Below are positions 37,161-47,413 of a stretch of 64,000 nt of DNA, one piece after another. The notes below the pieces were generated by a model. That model was not told where the DNA came from, ran no database searches, and worked only from the letters and a program-made list of their open reading frames with translations. Each line of letters starts with the position of its first letter. The stretch's first letter is position 1. Source of the DNA: an uncultured Planctomycetales bacterium. GTDB lineage: Bacteria > Omnitrophota > Gorgyraeia > Zapsychrales > JAHFFX01. The stretch spans positions 5,305-69,304 of the forward strand of contig CAYXGG010000007.1 in the NCBI GenBank assembly GCA_964464475.1, read 5' to 3'. A program made the translations under genes and the position numbers.

Positions 37161-38286
37161 TGATTTTTACATATTCAAATGACAGGTCTGAGGTGAAAAC
37201 CGAGGCCTGCGCGTTGCCTAAGTTTAAGTCAACCCAGATCGTGATGTTTTTCTTTTTAAACGAACTAAAATTAATTTTAAGATTTTTCTCCGTGACATTT
37301 AATCCCAAGGATCCGATGGCGGCTGCAACCCGACCCCAGTTGGGATCGCTGCCAAAGGCAGCGCATTTAACTAAATTGGAATTGGCAACCGCCATGGCGG
37401 CGGCTTTGGCCTGGGCGTAATTCTTACACCCGCGCACCATGACTTCAATAAATTTGGTCCCACCTTCCGCATCGAGAACGATATTCTTGGCCAGACTTAA
37501 ACAAACCAATTCTAGAGCGGCGTAGAAATTTTGAAAATCTTTACCATCTGATGCGATAAGATTGTTTCCCGCATGGCCACTGGCCAGCACGCTGACCATG
37601 TCATTGGTGCTCATGCAGCCATCAACCGTGATGCAATTAAATGATTTGTCGGTAGCTTTGGTTAGGGCCAATTTAAGGAATTTGGGGGTGATAGCGGCAT
37701 CCGTGGTGATGTAGGCGAGCATGGTAGCCATATTGGGTTGGATCATGCCTGAACCCTTGGCGCACCCACCGATGGTTACCTTCTTGCCGCCGATAGTGGT
37801 TTGGACCGCGCATTCTTTTGACCATTTATCAGTGGTCAAAATAGCCTGGGCGGCCAAATGTCCACCATGCCGGCTGAGTCCCTTGACCAATTTTTCAGCA
37901 GATTTCTCAATTTTATTAAAAGGTAAAGGGCGACCAATGATACCGGTTGACGCAACTAGTACGTGGTTGGGGTTAATGTTGAGATGCTGGGCAATAAGTT
38001 CCGTCGTCTTTTCAGCGTAAAGCAACCCAAAATTACCGGTAAAACAATTCGCGTTTCCGCTATTAATCACGATGGCCTGGATACGACCGCCTTTCATTTT
38101 CTTTTGAGAAACGATAATGGGTGCCGCCTTAATGGAGTTTAGAGTAAAAACACTAGCGCAGGCCGCCGGAGTATCGCAGGCGATGAGGGCCAAATCAGGC
38201 TTACCCGAACGTTTGATGCCGGCCCAAAGACCATGAGCTTTGAAGCCTAAGGCGTTGGTGACGCCTCCTTTGATTGTTTTAATCAT
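37144..38286 (-). CDS. argJ: Bifunctional ornithine acetyltransferase / N-acetylglutamate synthase
   Basis: 380 aa with the ArgJ autoproteolytic ATML-type region (NMATMLAYITTDA). Confidence 0.85.
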   Translation of the reverse strand: MIKTIKGGVTNALGFKAHGLWAGIKRSGKPDLALIACDTPAACASVFTLNSIKAAPIIVSQKKMKGGRIQAIVINSGNANCFTGNFGLLYAEKTTELIAQHLNINPNHVLVASTGIIGRPLPFNKIEKSAEKLVKGLSRHGGHLAAQAILTTDKWSKECAVQTTIGGKKVTIGGCAKGSGMIQPNMATMLAYITTDAAITPKFLKLALTKATDKSFNCITVDGCMSTNDMVSVLASGHAGNNLIASDGKDFQNFYAALELVCLSLAKNIVLDAEGGTKFIEVMVRGCKNYAQAKAAAMAVANSNLVKCAAFGSDPNWGRVAAAIGSLGLNVTEKNLKINFSSFKKKNITIWVDLNLGNAQASVFTSDLSFEYVKINGRYN

Positions 38287-39299
38287 AATCCCTCATCTTC
38301 GCTAAAACCGCACATAATGTTCATATTCTGAATAGCCTGGCTAGCTGCACCTTTCATGAGATTATCAATGACGCTTGTCACCACACATAATTGTTGAGCG
38401 GCATCATATTCAATTCCTATATCGCAGTAGTTGGTTCCGGAAACATTTTTGACTTCAGGTTGAATCCCCGATTTCATAAGGCGCACAAAGGGTTCGGTTT
38501 TATAAAACTTCTTGTAGAGGCTCTCAATGTTATCTTTGGTAACTTTTGTTTTCATCCGAACATAAATCGTTTCCAGAATTCCTTGATTAATGGGCAATAG
38601 ATGCGGAACAAAAGCGACCTTGATTTTACGATTTCCTAAGGCCGATAGATACAAATTGATTTCTGGGGTGTGTTGATGTGACAAAACTTTATAAGCCTTA
38701 AAGTTTTCGTTGACTTCGCAAAACATGAGGTTGCCTAAGAGTTTCTTCCCCGCCCCGGATACGCCGGATTTGGCATCAATGATAATGGATTCGACCGCGG
38801 TGCCATACGCGGTCATCAGCGGCGCCAATCCAAGAATTGCCGCCGTCGGATAGCATCCGGGGTTGGCGACCAAATGGGATTTTTTGATGTCTGCCCGATA
38901 CAGTTCGGGTAATCCATAAACTGCATGTTTGATATTTTTAGGATCCGTATGTTCATGTTGGTACCAGGCTTGGTAGAATTTGGCGTCATTTAAGCGATAG
39001 TCGGCGCTTAGATCAATCACCTTTTTCTTGAATTTGAGAAGTCCCGGAACGATGCCCATCGCGCTGGTATGGGGAACGGCAAGCAGAAAAATGTCTGCTT
39101 TCGCCACGGCCTTGTTGACATCATAAACTTCACAAATCAAATTTGTTTTTTTATTCAGTCGGGGACAGATTTCATCTACCGGCCCGGTAGAATTTTGGGC
39201 ACCGACATAGGTCACCCTCACATGAGGGTGATTAAGCAGAATTTCAAGAGCCAAGGCGCCAGAATATCCGCTGGCACCCACAATACCCACTCGAATCAT
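38283..39299 (-). CDS. argC: N-acetyl-gamma-glutamyl-phosphate reductase
   Basis: 338 aa with the VGIVGASGYSG N-terminus and catalytic Cys region (GCYPTA). Confidence 0.9.
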   Translation of the reverse strand: MIRVGIVGASGYSGALALEILLNHPHVRVTYVGAQNSTGPVDEICPRLNKKTNLICEVYDVNKAVAKADIFLLAVPHTSAMGIVPGLLKFKKKVIDLSADYRLNDAKFYQAWYQHEHTDPKNIKHAVYGLPELYRADIKKSHLVANPGCYPTAAILGLAPLMTAYGTAVESIIIDAKSGVSGAGKKLLGNLMFCEVNENFKAYKVLSHQHTPEINLYLSALGNRKIKVAFVPHLLPINQGILETIYVRMKTKVTKDNIESLYKKFYKTEPFVRLMKSGIQPEVKNVSGTNYCDIGIEYDAAQQLCVVTSVIDNLMKGAASQAIQNMNIMCGFSEDEGL

Positions 39300-39344
39300 C
39301 GTCGATAACTCCTTTGAAAGAATAAAGTGTATCGTAAAAGAAAA

Positions 39345-39385
39345 AACCTATCTCGTCAACTCGTTTTTCGAGGGAGATAGGTTTG
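39345..39385 (-). terminator. Rho-independent terminator after rpsI (11 bp perfect stem AAACCTATCTC / GAGATAGGTTT, followed by UUUUUUCUUUU on the minus transcript)
   Basis: The reverse complement reads AAACCTATCTCCCTCGAAAAACGAGTTGACGAGATAGGTTTTTTCTTTTACG. Confidence 0.7.
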
Positions 39386-39434
39386 AAATTTCCTGTTGGA
39401 AACTGATTGAATCTAATTGATGAATTTGAAAGTC

Positions 39435-39830
39435 TTAACGCTTAACCCACTGGAATTTCTTACGTGCCCCCTTCTGTCCCGGCTTTTTTCTTTCCTTCAT
39501 TCTGGGATCGCGGCTTAAGAATTCAGCTTTTTTGAGTACGGAGCGATTCGCTTCATCCATATGGGCCAAAGATCGGGCTAAGCCTAAGCGCATGGCGCCA
39601 GCTTGACCGGTCGAGCCACCGCCATCAATAGAGGCAATGACATCTAATTTATTAAGCGTGTTCGTCATTCGTAAAGGCTCTAGGATGCTGATTCGGTCCG
39701 TTTCCCGTTTGAAGTATTCATCAAAGGCTCGTTTGTTAACGGAAACTTTCCCATCGCCGGGCATAATGGTGACCCGAGCGATAGAACTTTTTCGACGACC
39801 GATAGCTGCGTATTTGACGACTTCAACCAT
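39435..39830 (-). CDS. rpsI: 30S ribosomal protein S9
   Basis: 131 aa ending KKPGQKGARKKFQWVKR, which is the S9 C-terminal signature. Confidence 0.95.
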   Translation of the reverse strand: MVEVVKYAAIGRRKSSIARVTIMPGDGKVSVNKRAFDEYFKRETDRISILEPLRMTNTLNKLDVIASIDGGGSTGQAGAMRLGLARSLAHMDEANRSVLKKAEFLSRDPRMKERKKPGQKGARKKFQWVKR

Positions 39831-39856
39831 GACGAATAAGCCTCCTTAAAAATCTT

Positions 39857-40312
39857 TTAAACTGCTAAAACTACAGGTTTTTGAGCCTGGTGAGGATGTT
39901 GATCCCCAGCGTAAACTTTTAATTTTCTACGAATTCTGGAACCTAAGGCCCCTCGGGGTAGCATGCGATTGACGGCCAAAATTAACACTTCAGTGGGACG
40001 TTTGGCTAGCATGACCTCTAAACTAGTCACGCGGTGTCCACCCGGATACCCGGTATAACGCTGATATTCTTTCTGAACCATTTTCTTTCCGGTTACGCGG
40101 ACTTTGCTCGCGTTGATAATGATGACGGTATCTCCGGTATCCACATGGGGCGTAAAATGGGCTTTATGTTTACCACGAAGAAGCGCTGCGGCTTTGGTAG
40201 CAACCCGACCTAGAATTTTATCGTTAGCGTCGAGTAAATAACAATGGCGCGTGACTTCATCTTTTTTGGCATTATACGTCTTGTTCATTAAAATTCCTTT
40301 CAAAGCTTTCAA
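39857..40312 (-). CDS. rplM: 50S ribosomal protein L13
   Basis: 151 aa L13 family, in the conserved rplM-rpsI pair. Confidence 0.95.
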   Translation of the reverse strand: MKALKGILMNKTYNAKKDEVTRHCYLLDANDKILGRVATKAAALLRGKHKAHFTPHVDTGDTVIIINASKVRVTGKKMVQKEYQRYTGYPGGHRVTSLEVMLAKRPTEVLILAVNRMLPRGALGSRIRRKLKVYAGDQHPHQAQKPVVLAV

Positions 40313-40334
40313 ATTGATTTGAAAAATATAGCAT

Positions 40335-41132
40335 CTATCTTTTTCTTGTCAATCTTTTTTTCTTTGAGTATTTTGGGGGATATTTGACTTCCCAAAGGGT
40401 GAGTCCCCAAGCTGGGGCCGCTTTGAACGCGTTCAATTTTATGGTATGGGTTAGTGCGCGCTTAAGATCGGTTAAAGGAAGTCTGCCCTGCCCCACCTCT
40501 AGTAGCGCGCCTGTAATATTGCGTACCATGCGGTAGAGGAATCCGTCAGCCGTGATATCTAGAAAAATTAATTCGCCGCGTTTAGTAATTTTTAATTTTT
40601 TGATTGTACGAATGGTACCGCGGGATTTACCGGAACGAATACGGGCTGATTCAAGGCTAGTAAAGATTTGGAAGTCCTTTTTGCCGATGAGTATTTTGGC
40701 GGCTTTCCGCATTTGAGCCAAATTGAGGCTATAGGGAACATAAAACGTTGAATTGCGGTATTGAGGACTGCGAATGGCGCGGTTGAGGATGGTGTAACGA
40801 TAGGTTTTTTCTTGTGCCGAAAACTGAGCATGGAAATCCTCATTCATTTCTTGAGCGTCAATGATGGCGATATCGCGAGGTAAGTTGGCATTAATTGCGG
40901 ACTGGATTTCAGAGACCGTTTTGGCCGTATCTACTTTGAAATGAGCGACTTGACCGAGCGCGTGGACACCACTATCCGTCCGCCCAGATCCATGCAGGTG
41001 AATTTTCGTTTTGAAGATGCGTTGTAATATCTTTTCTACTTCGCCTTGAACAGTCCGCTGCGAAGATTCTTGGATTTGCCAACCATTAAACTGGCTGCCA
41101 TCATATTCAATGGTTAGTTTAATATTTCGCAT
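40335..41132 (-). CDS. truA: tRNA pseudouridine(38-40) synthase
   Basis: 265 aa with the LTIEYDGSQFNGWQIQ N-terminus and the catalytic Asp region (GSGRTDSGVHALGQVAHF). Confidence 0.9.
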   Translation of the reverse strand: MRNIKLTIEYDGSQFNGWQIQESSQRTVQGEVEKILQRIFKTKIHLHGSGRTDSGVHALGQVAHFKVDTAKTVSEIQSAINANLPRDIAIIDAQEMNEDFHAQFSAQEKTYRYTILNRAIRSPQYRNSTFYVPYSLNLAQMRKAAKILIGKKDFQIFTSLESARIRSGKSRGTIRTIKKLKITKRGELIFLDITADGFLYRMVRNITGALLEVGQGRLPLTDLKRALTHTIKLNAFKAAPAWGLTLWEVKYPPKYSKKKRLTRKR

Positions 41133-41147
41133 GGGATGGGATTAAAA

Positions 41148-41178
41148 GTCCCCCTCACTCCGAACGGGTCAGGGGGAC
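41148..41178 (-). terminator. Hairpin (8 bp GC-rich stem GTCCCCCT / AGGGGGAC, 15 nt loop) followed by UUUUAAUCC, between asd stop and truA start
   Basis: A perfect inverted repeat. It lies 15 nt upstream of the truA ATG, so it is possibly an attenuator or partial terminator. Confidence 0.45.
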
Positions 41179-41186
41179 AAAATTGG

Positions 41187-42185
41187 CTAAACGAGAAGTT
41201 CTGCGATTTGGACGGCGTTAGTGGCGGCGCCTTTTCTTAAGTTATCGGCTACGACCCACAACCAGAGACCGTTTTTAACGGCAGGATCTCGGCGAATGCG
41301 TCCGACAAAGACATCATCTTTGCCGGCGCAGTCTTTGGGCATGGGATAAAGTTTAGTTTTCGGATCATCCATGACCGTAATGCCGGGAGATTTCGCCAAT
41401 AATTTGCGAACGGCTTCTGGAGAAATCGGTTGGGCTGTTTCAATATAGACAGCTTCGGAATGGCCCGTGAGAACCGGAACCCGTACGGTCGTGGCCGTTA
41501 CTTTAATTTTGGGGTCATGAAGGATTTTATGAGTTTCTTTAACAATCTTCCATTCCTCCGAGGTGTAATCATCTTCGGCAAATCCGCCAATGTGCGGAAA
41601 AATATTGAAGGCGATTCTTTGATCCATGTGTAAGGCGATCTTTTCGTCTGAGTTGGTGGCCCAGGCCTTATATTCTTTCTCAGTCTGAACCATGCCACCG
41701 CGTCCGCTCCCTGAGACCGCCTGATACGTGGAAACAATGACGCGTTTTAATCCAGCCCTCTTTTTGATGGGCGCTAAAGCGACAATCAATTGGATCGTTG
41801 AACAGTTAGGATTGGCAATGATACCTTTATGTTTTTTGGCATCGCCAGGATTAGCTTCGGGAACGACCAGCGGAACGTTTTTATCCATTCTAAAGTCCGC
41901 CCCGTTATCAATAACAACGGCCCCGGCTTTGATCGCGACCGGAGCGTACGTAACGGCCGCTCCTTTTTCACCTTCGGTTCCGGCAAATAAGGCGATGTCG
42001 ATATTCTTAAAAGAATCTGCAGAGAGTTCTTCAACATCGTAGAAATTACCATCTACTTGAATTTGGCGGGCACTTCGCGCAAAAACTTTAAGTTGGTTGA
42101 CCGGAAAATTACGTTGCTTTAAAACTCGTAGCATTTCTTCGCCAACCGCGCCTACCCCCACCACCGCGACATTAACTTTTTTCAT
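41187..42185 (-). CDS. asd: Aspartate-semialdehyde dehydrogenase
   Basis: 332 aa with the VAVVGVGAVG Rossmann motif and the catalytic Cys (NPNCSTIQL). Confidence 0.9.
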   Translation of the reverse strand: MKKVNVAVVGVGAVGEEMLRVLKQRNFPVNQLKVFARSARQIQVDGNFYDVEELSADSFKNIDIALFAGTEGEKGAAVTYAPVAIKAGAVVIDNGADFRMDKNVPLVVPEANPGDAKKHKGIIANPNCSTIQLIVALAPIKKRAGLKRVIVSTYQAVSGSGRGGMVQTEKEYKAWATNSDEKIALHMDQRIAFNIFPHIGGFAEDDYTSEEWKIVKETHKILHDPKIKVTATTVRVPVLTGHSEAVYIETAQPISPEAVRKLLAKSPGITVMDDPKTKLYPMPKDCAGKDDVFVGRIRRDPAVKNGLWLWVVADNLRKGAATNAVQIAELLV

Positions 42186-42228
42186 AGCCCAGTTCCCTCG
42201 TGTATTCGTTAGGAAATTTAACAGTGAA

Positions 42229-43281
42229 TTATAAATGCTTAACGACTAAGTCTCCGACTTCTGAGGTAGAGTATCCCATGTGGCCAGCCGCTAAGTCTTT
42301 TAGTTTATGCCGAACAATGGTGATGACCGATTGCTCCACCAGGTGGGCCGCTTTGGGTTGTCCTAATTGGTCGAGCATCATGCCCATTGCGCAAATCGCT
42401 GCTAAGGGGTTGATGATGTTGCGTCCCGTATATTTGGGGGCCGAGCCTCCGATGGGTTCAAACATGGATACGCCTTGCGGATTGATATTCCCTCCGGCCG
42501 CGATACCCATCCCTCCTTGAATCATGGCGCCCAGATCCGTGATAATGTCGCCAAACATGTTGTCCGTCACAATGACATCAAACCATTCGGGGTTTTTGAC
42601 AAACCACATGGTGGTGGCATCCACATGCGCGTAATCAGTCTTAACGTCCGGATAGTCCTTGGCGACTTCATGAAAAGTTCTTTCCCAGAGATCAAACGCG
42701 AACGTCAGGACGTTGGTCTTGCCGCAAAGGGTCAGTTTTTTTCTGGGCCGTTTTTGGGCTAATTCGAAGGCATAACGTAGGCAACGCTCGATTCCTTTTC
42801 GAGTGTTGTGTGATACTTGCAGCGCGACTTCGCGTTTAGTCCCTTTGTTTTTAAATTCGCCTAATCCTTTGTAGAGTCCTTCTGAATTTTCACGTACGAC
42901 GACAAAATCAATATCTTCTGGTTTTTTGTTTTTTATCGGGCAGTAGCGTTCGTCATAGAGTTTGACCGGACGCAAGTTGATATATTGATCAAGATCAAAT
43001 CGCAATTTAAGTAAAATGCCTTTTTCTAAAATGCCGGGTTTAACGTCCGGATGCCCGATGGCGCCAAGGTAAATGGCGTCAAATTTTTTAAGCTCTTTAA
43101 CCGCTGTTTTGGGGAGTACCTCTTTAGTACGCAAGTAGCGTTCTCCACCAAAGTCAAAAGAGTGTGTTTGGTATTTAAAGCCGCTTTTGCTGGCAACGGC
43201 TTGCAAAACTTTTAGTCCTTCCCGGATGACTTCCGGCCCTGTCCCGTCTCCCGGGATCACCGCAATTTTGTAAGATTTCAT
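42229..43281 (-). CDS. Isocitrate/isopropylmalate dehydrogenase family enzyme (tartrate dehydrogenase / LeuB-like)
   Basis: 350 aa with the [16 protein letters not shown]-terminus and an [12 protein letters not shown] substrate-binding region. No other leu genes are nearby. Confidence 0.6.
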   Translation of the reverse strand: MKSYKIAVIPGDGTGPEVIREGLKVLQAVASKSGFKYQTHSFDFGGERYLRTKEVLPKTAVKELKKFDAIYLGAIGHPDVKPGILEKGILLKLRFDLDQYINLRPVKLYDERYCPIKNKKPEDIDFVVVRENSEGLYKGLGEFKNKGTKREVALQVSHNTRKGIERCLRYAFELAQKRPRKKLTLCGKTNVLTFAFDLWERTFHEVAKDYPDVKTDYAHVDATTMWFVKNPEWFDVIVTDNMFGDIITDLGAMIQGGMGIAAGGNINPQGVSMFEPIGGSAPKYTGRNIINPLAAICAMGMMLDQLGQPKAAHLVEQSVITIVRHKLKDLAAGHMGYSTSEVGDLVVKHL

Positions 43282-43390
43282 AAGTCCCCTTGTTAGTTAA
43301 AGAATGCTAACCCTCTCAAAGAAGGGCCAGTATATCATAAAATTAAAAAATTCTTTTCAAATTTTCTGAAGCGAAAGGAAACCGGATTTG

Positions 43391-44635
43391 CTATTCGCGA
43401 AATTTTTTGGCGATCAAGGTGGCGTTGTGCCCGCCAAAGCCTAAAGAATTAGACAGGGCGGCATTCACGGTAACTTTGCGCGAAGTGTTGGGCACATAAT
43501 CGAGGTCGCAGTCAGGATCCGGCGTTTCGTAATTGATGGTTGGAGGAATTAAGTCCTGTTGAATCGCCATCACGCAGGCGACTAATTCGACGCCTCCCGC
43601 GGCGCCTAGTAAATGGCCGGTCATGGATTTAGTTGAACTAACCGGGATTTTATAGGCTTGTTCGCCGAACACTTTTTTAATGGCCAAGGTTTCAATTTTG
43701 TCGTTAAGTTTGGTGGAAGTTCCGTGAGCGTTAATGTAAGAAATATCTCCCGGCGTGAGTTGGGCATCTTTAATGGCCAGCTCCATGGCACGCCTTGCGC
43801 CGAGTCCCTCTTCATGGGGGGCGGTAATATGGTAGGCGTCAGAAGTTCGCCCATAGCCGGCAAGCTCCGCCAAGATGGGAGCGCCGCGTTTTTGGGCGTG
43901 GTCTAAGGATTCTAGGATCACCACACCGGCCCCTTCGGCCATGACAAAACCGTCACGATTTAATTCAAACGGCCGGCTCGCTTTTTCGGGCGCGTCATTT
44001 CGTTCGGATAATGCTTTAAGCGCGCAAAATCCGCCTACGCCCAATAACGTCGTGGCGCTTTCTGTCCCCCCCGCAATCATCACATCGGCATCGCCATATT
44101 GAATGAAACGCATGGCATCCCCAATGGAATTATTGGCGGTTGCGCAGGCGGTCACAACACAGGTGGCTGGTCCGCGTGCCCCTGTCATGATAGAGATGTG
44201 CCCAGAGGCTTCATTAATAATAATGCGTGGAATGAAAAATGGAGAAATGCGGCTGGGTCCTTTCGTGATCAGTTTGTCGTATTCCTCTTCCATGGTGCGC
44301 ATACTGCCGATCCCGGAACCAACAATCACGCCAATACGGTCTAAATCTAAAGCATTGAAATCCAGTTTAGCTTGGGCGATGGCTTCCTTGGCGGCAACCA
44401 TCCCAAATTGAATGAATCGGGAAAGGTGACGGGCTTCTTTGGTAGAGAAATGATCCAGTTCGTTATAATCAATGACGTCGCCATTGATGCGGCAATCAAA
44501 TTTGCTGGCGTCAAAATGGGTAATCGGCCGAATCCCGCTTTTGCCATGAATCAAGGCGTCCCAAAATTTGGTGACCCCGGTACCTACGGGTGACACGACC
44601 CCCATTCCTGTGATGACTACACGACGTTTTTGCAT
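43391..44635 (-). CDS. fabF: 3-oxoacyl-[acyl-carrier-protein] synthase II
   Basis: Start set at [18 protein letters not shown] (cat at 44633-44635). The active-site Cys ([12 protein letters not shown]), the His-His pair and the GHNATL C-terminus are all present. Confidence 0.9.
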   Translation of the reverse strand: MQKRRVVITGMGVVSPVGTGVTKFWDALIHGKSGIRPITHFDASKFDCRINGDVIDYNELDHFSTKEARHLSRFIQFGMVAAKEAIAQAKLDFNALDLDRIGVIVGSGIGSMRTMEEEYDKLITKGPSRISPFFIPRIIINEASGHISIMTGARGPATCVVTACATANNSIGDAMRFIQYGDADVMIAGGTESATTLLGVGGFCALKALSERNDAPEKASRPFELNRDGFVMAEGAGVVILESLDHAQKRGAPILAELAGYGRTSDAYHITAPHEEGLGARRAMELAIKDAQLTPGDISYINAHGTSTKLNDKIETLAIKKVFGEQAYKIPVSSTKSMTGHLLGAAGGVELVACVMAIQQDLIPPTINYETPDPDCDLDYVPNTSRKVTVNAALSNSLGFGGHNATLIAKKFRE

Positions 44636-44654
44636 ATGAGCTCTAATAACCAAT

Positions 44655-44679
44655 TTGCCTCGACTTTGGGTCGAGGCAA
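44655..44679 (-). other. Perfect 10 bp hairpin (TTGCCTCGAC-TTTGG-GTCGAGGCAA) between acpP and fabF
   Basis: Inverted repeat in the 75 bp acpP-fabF spacer. A weak U-tract follows. Confidence 0.45.
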
Positions 44680-44710
44680 GTTAGTGTTGTTGGATTCAAG
44701 AGGAACGTAA

Positions 44711-44950
44711 TTATTTGTTGGCGCTCTTGGATTCGATATATTTGATGGCATCGCCTACAGTAGTCATCTTTTCGGCATCTTCATCCGGAATTTCCACATT
44801 GAATTCTTCTTCTAAAGCCATGATTAATTCAACGGTATCTAAGGAATCAGCGCCTAAATCATCGATAAACGACGCTTGCGGGGTGACTTCTTCGGCTTTT
44901 ACCCCGAGTTGCTCTGCGATGATTGATTTGATTTTTTCTTCGACTGCCAT
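44711..44950 (-). CDS. acpP: Acyl carrier protein
   Basis: 79 aa carrying the [19 protein letters not shown] phosphopantetheine-attachment motif. Confidence 0.95.
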   Translation of the reverse strand: MAVEEKIKSIIAEQLGVKAEEVTPQASFIDDLGADSLDTVELIMALEEEFNVEIPDEDAEKMTTVGDAIKYIESKSANK

Positions 44951-44985
44951 GAACGTTCCTCCTGTTTATTGACCTGATTGTGAAT

Positions 44986-45735
44986 TTAGATCGCCATTCC
45001 CCCGTCGACGACTAGCGTTTGCCCCGTGATGTAACTGGCGCTCTCCGATGCCAGAAACAAGCACGCTCCAGCGACATCTTGGGGAGATCCAAACCTTCCT
45101 AAGGGGATGGATTTTAAAATTTCTGCTTGGACTTGCTCTTTGAGTTGCGAGGTCATGTCGGTTTGAATATAACCCGGCGCCACGGCATTCGCGGTGATAC
45201 CCCTCGAGGCTAACTCTTTGGCCACGGATTTGGTGAATCCGATAATGCCGGCTTTACTAGCGGCATAATTGGCCTGTCCTGCGTTACCAGTGATTCCAAT
45301 GATCGAAGCAATGCTGATAATTCTGCCCTTTCGGGCTTTCAACATGACTTTAGCTACAATTTTGGTACAGATAAAAATACCTTTTAAATTGGTATCAATG
45401 ACCGCGTCCCAATCCGCTTCACTCATTCTTAAGAGTAAATTATCTTTGGTGACGCCTGCGTTGTTAACTAATATATCGAGGGCCTTATGTTTGTCAAGAA
45501 TTTTATTGATGATTTCTTCTACATTTTGTTGATTTGTCACGTCGCAGGCCATTCCTTCGGCCAATAAGCCCTGCGAACGGATGTCGGCCGCGGCTTGTTG
45601 TGCCTGGTCAGGATTACGCCCGGTTAAAATGACCTGAGCGCCTGCTTGAGCGAACGCACGGGCCACTTCTTTTCCGATGCCGCGGGTACCACCGGTGATT
45701 AAAACGACTTGGTTTTTAAAAGAGAAGTCGGACAT
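44986..45735 (-). CDS. fabG: 3-oxoacyl-[acyl-carrier-protein] reductase
   Basis: 249 aa SDR with TGGTRGIGK and a YAASKAG catalytic tetrad. It lies directly upstream of acpP-fabF. Confidence 0.9.
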   Translation of the reverse strand: MSDFSFKNQVVLITGGTRGIGKEVARAFAQAGAQVILTGRNPDQAQQAAADIRSQGLLAEGMACDVTNQQNVEEIINKILDKHKALDILVNNAGVTKDNLLLRMSEADWDAVIDTNLKGIFICTKIVAKVMLKARKGRIISIASIIGITGNAGQANYAASKAGIIGFTKSVAKELASRGITANAVAPGYIQTDMTSQLKEQVQAEILKSIPLGRFGSPQDVAGACLFLASESASYITGQTLVVDGGMAI

Positions 45736-45836
45736 AAAGACAACACATGCTTTTGGGTTAGAAATTTGTGCAAAACTCGGGTTATGTTAGCAGTCTTCTT
45801 TATTATTTCAAGCCCAAAGATGATATTAATAGTGAG

Positions 45837-46202
45837 TTACTTTAATTCTTTTAGAAAATCTCGCAAAAATGCTCTGTTTTCGACATCGGGATGAATTACT
45901 TTCCCGTTCCAGACCAAAATATCCAGATCAATGACTCGAGGTCGATCGGGGTCACCGGGAAATTCGCCTAAATCCTTTTCTAAGGCTTTGAGCTTGGCTA
46001 GAAAGTTCTTGCGGTCCAGCTTGGTCTTTAGTAATACGGCCCCATTAAGGTAATCCGCTTGCTTCGGGGACCCAACCGCTGGAGTCATTTTAAAGCTACT
46101 CTCTTTAAGTACTTGAAAGTATCTTTTTAATTGCTCTCGAGCGACCGCGATATGGGTTTGGGGATTGACATTTGAGCCGAGTCCTACAATAACGGAATTC
46201 AT
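45837..46202 (-). CDS. folK: 2-amino-4-hydroxy-6-hydroxymethyldihydropteridine pyrophosphokinase (HPPK), copy 2
   Basis: 121 aa with the VGLGSNVNP...IDLDILVW FolK pattern. It lies immediately after folB. Confidence 0.75.
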   Translation of the reverse strand: MNSVIVGLGSNVNPQTHIAVAREQLKRYFQVLKESSFKMTPAVGSPKQADYLNGAVLLKTKLDRKNFLAKLKALEKDLGEFPGDPDRPRVIDLDILVWNGKVIHPDVENRAFLRDFLKELK

Positions 46203-46204
46203 GA

Positions 46205-46660
46205 TCAGGCCTTTGTGTTGGTAAAATTGTCAGCAGTAAGCTTAAACCTAGCTTTTTTGCGTGAGTGAGCGTTGGACACTCTGTTGCTGTCTAACTGAGC
46301 AGAATAAAAATCACGAGTCCTGGAGATTTCAACGGCTGCCGATGTGGCTTTTTTCAGGGCTTGTGGTTTGTCTATCCTGATGGTGGCTTCTTGAACACGT
46401 ATATCTTGAAAAATTATGTCAAGCAAGTGAGCAATGAGCTTTTCCAGTAGCTGAAACCGGCTTTTTTCTGAGGCCGCCACGAGTTTTTGAGATAAGCGCC
46501 AATAATCCAGTGTATCAATGATTTTGTCAGACGCTTGGGCCTTGGTGGTGCACAGCTTAATGGTTGCTGTGATCAGGATATCTTGATGATAGGTGCGCTC
46601 TTTCTTGGTAATGCCGATGATGGCGCTGGCTTTTAGCTGATTAATGATGATTCTGTCCAT
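46205..46660 (-). CDS. folB: Dihydroneopterin aldolase with a ~30 aa C-terminal extension
   Basis: 151 aa with the N-terminus IINQLKASAIIGITKKER...DILITATI, typical of FolB. Confidence 0.75.
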   Translation of the reverse strand: MDRIIINQLKASAIIGITKKERTYHQDILITATIKLCTTKAQASDKIIDTLDYWRLSQKLVAASEKSRFQLLEKLIAHLLDIIFQDIRVQEATIRIDKPQALKKATSAAVEISRTRDFYSAQLDSNRVSNAHSRKKARFKLTADNFTNTKA

Positions 46661-46666
46661 GATTGG

Positions 46667-47413
46667 TTAAACCAGTTGTTCTCCGCCATCGTTAAATAGG
46701 AACTGACCCGTCAGAAAGTCGTTTTCGATTAAGAATTGAACCGAACGGGTAATGTGATCCACGTGGCCTTTCTTTTTTAAAGGAATATTTTTGGCCTGGC
46801 GATGGAGATACGCTTCTCCTACGTTTTTGCCGACTGGCGGTAAAATGAGCCCTGGGCAGACGCCATTAACTCGGATTGCCGGACCTAACGCTACCGCAGC
46901 CATTTTGGTAAACTCGGCTAAGGCTTTTTTGCTAAGCAAATAGGGAAAATGGGACGTTTTATTTTTAGTGATATCGGTATCTAGCAAATTAATAATCTGT
47001 CCCTGCTGGCAAATCTTAGCAAATTCGCACGTGAGCATGTAAGGAGCGTTCAGATTGATGCTAAAGTGTCGGTGAAATGATTTAAGTGCATCGCTGGAAA
47101 GGCCGGACGGTTCGAAAATTGAGGCGCTGTTCACTAAGAGATTCAGATCTGGAAACCGTTGATGGCTTTCTTTTACTAAGGTCAGAACATCATCTTCTTT
47201 CTCTAAATCGGCAGGAAATAGTTCGCAGCGGACTCCTCTTTGGATGATGCTTTCGGCGGTTGCTTCTGCTTCCGTTAGCGAATGGTTATAGTGCAGCGCT
47301 ATATTGAAGTTCAGTTCAGCCAGGCATAACGCGATGGCTTGTCCGATGCGTTTGGCGCCTCCCGTGACCAGCGCTGTTCCTTGCGTCTTTTTTTTAGTTT
47401 TTAAGGAGGTCAT
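46667..47413 (-). CDS. SDR-family oxidoreductase, pteridine reductase-like (FolM/PTR1-like)
   Basis: 248 aa with [12 protein letters not shown] (a pteridine-reductase-type Arg in the glycine motif). It is embedded between folE and folB. Confidence 0.6.
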   Translation of the reverse strand: MTSLKTKKKTQGTALVTGGAKRIGQAIALCLAELNFNIALHYNHSLTEAEATAESIIQRGVRCELFPADLEKEDDVLTLVKESHQRFPDLNLLVNSASIFEPSGLSSDALKSFHRHFSINLNAPYMLTCEFAKICQQGQIINLLDTDITKNKTSHFPYLLSKKALAEFTKMAAVALGPAIRVNGVCPGLILPPVGKNVGEAYLHRQAKNIPLKKKGHVDHITRSVQFLIENDFLTGQFLFNDGGEQLV

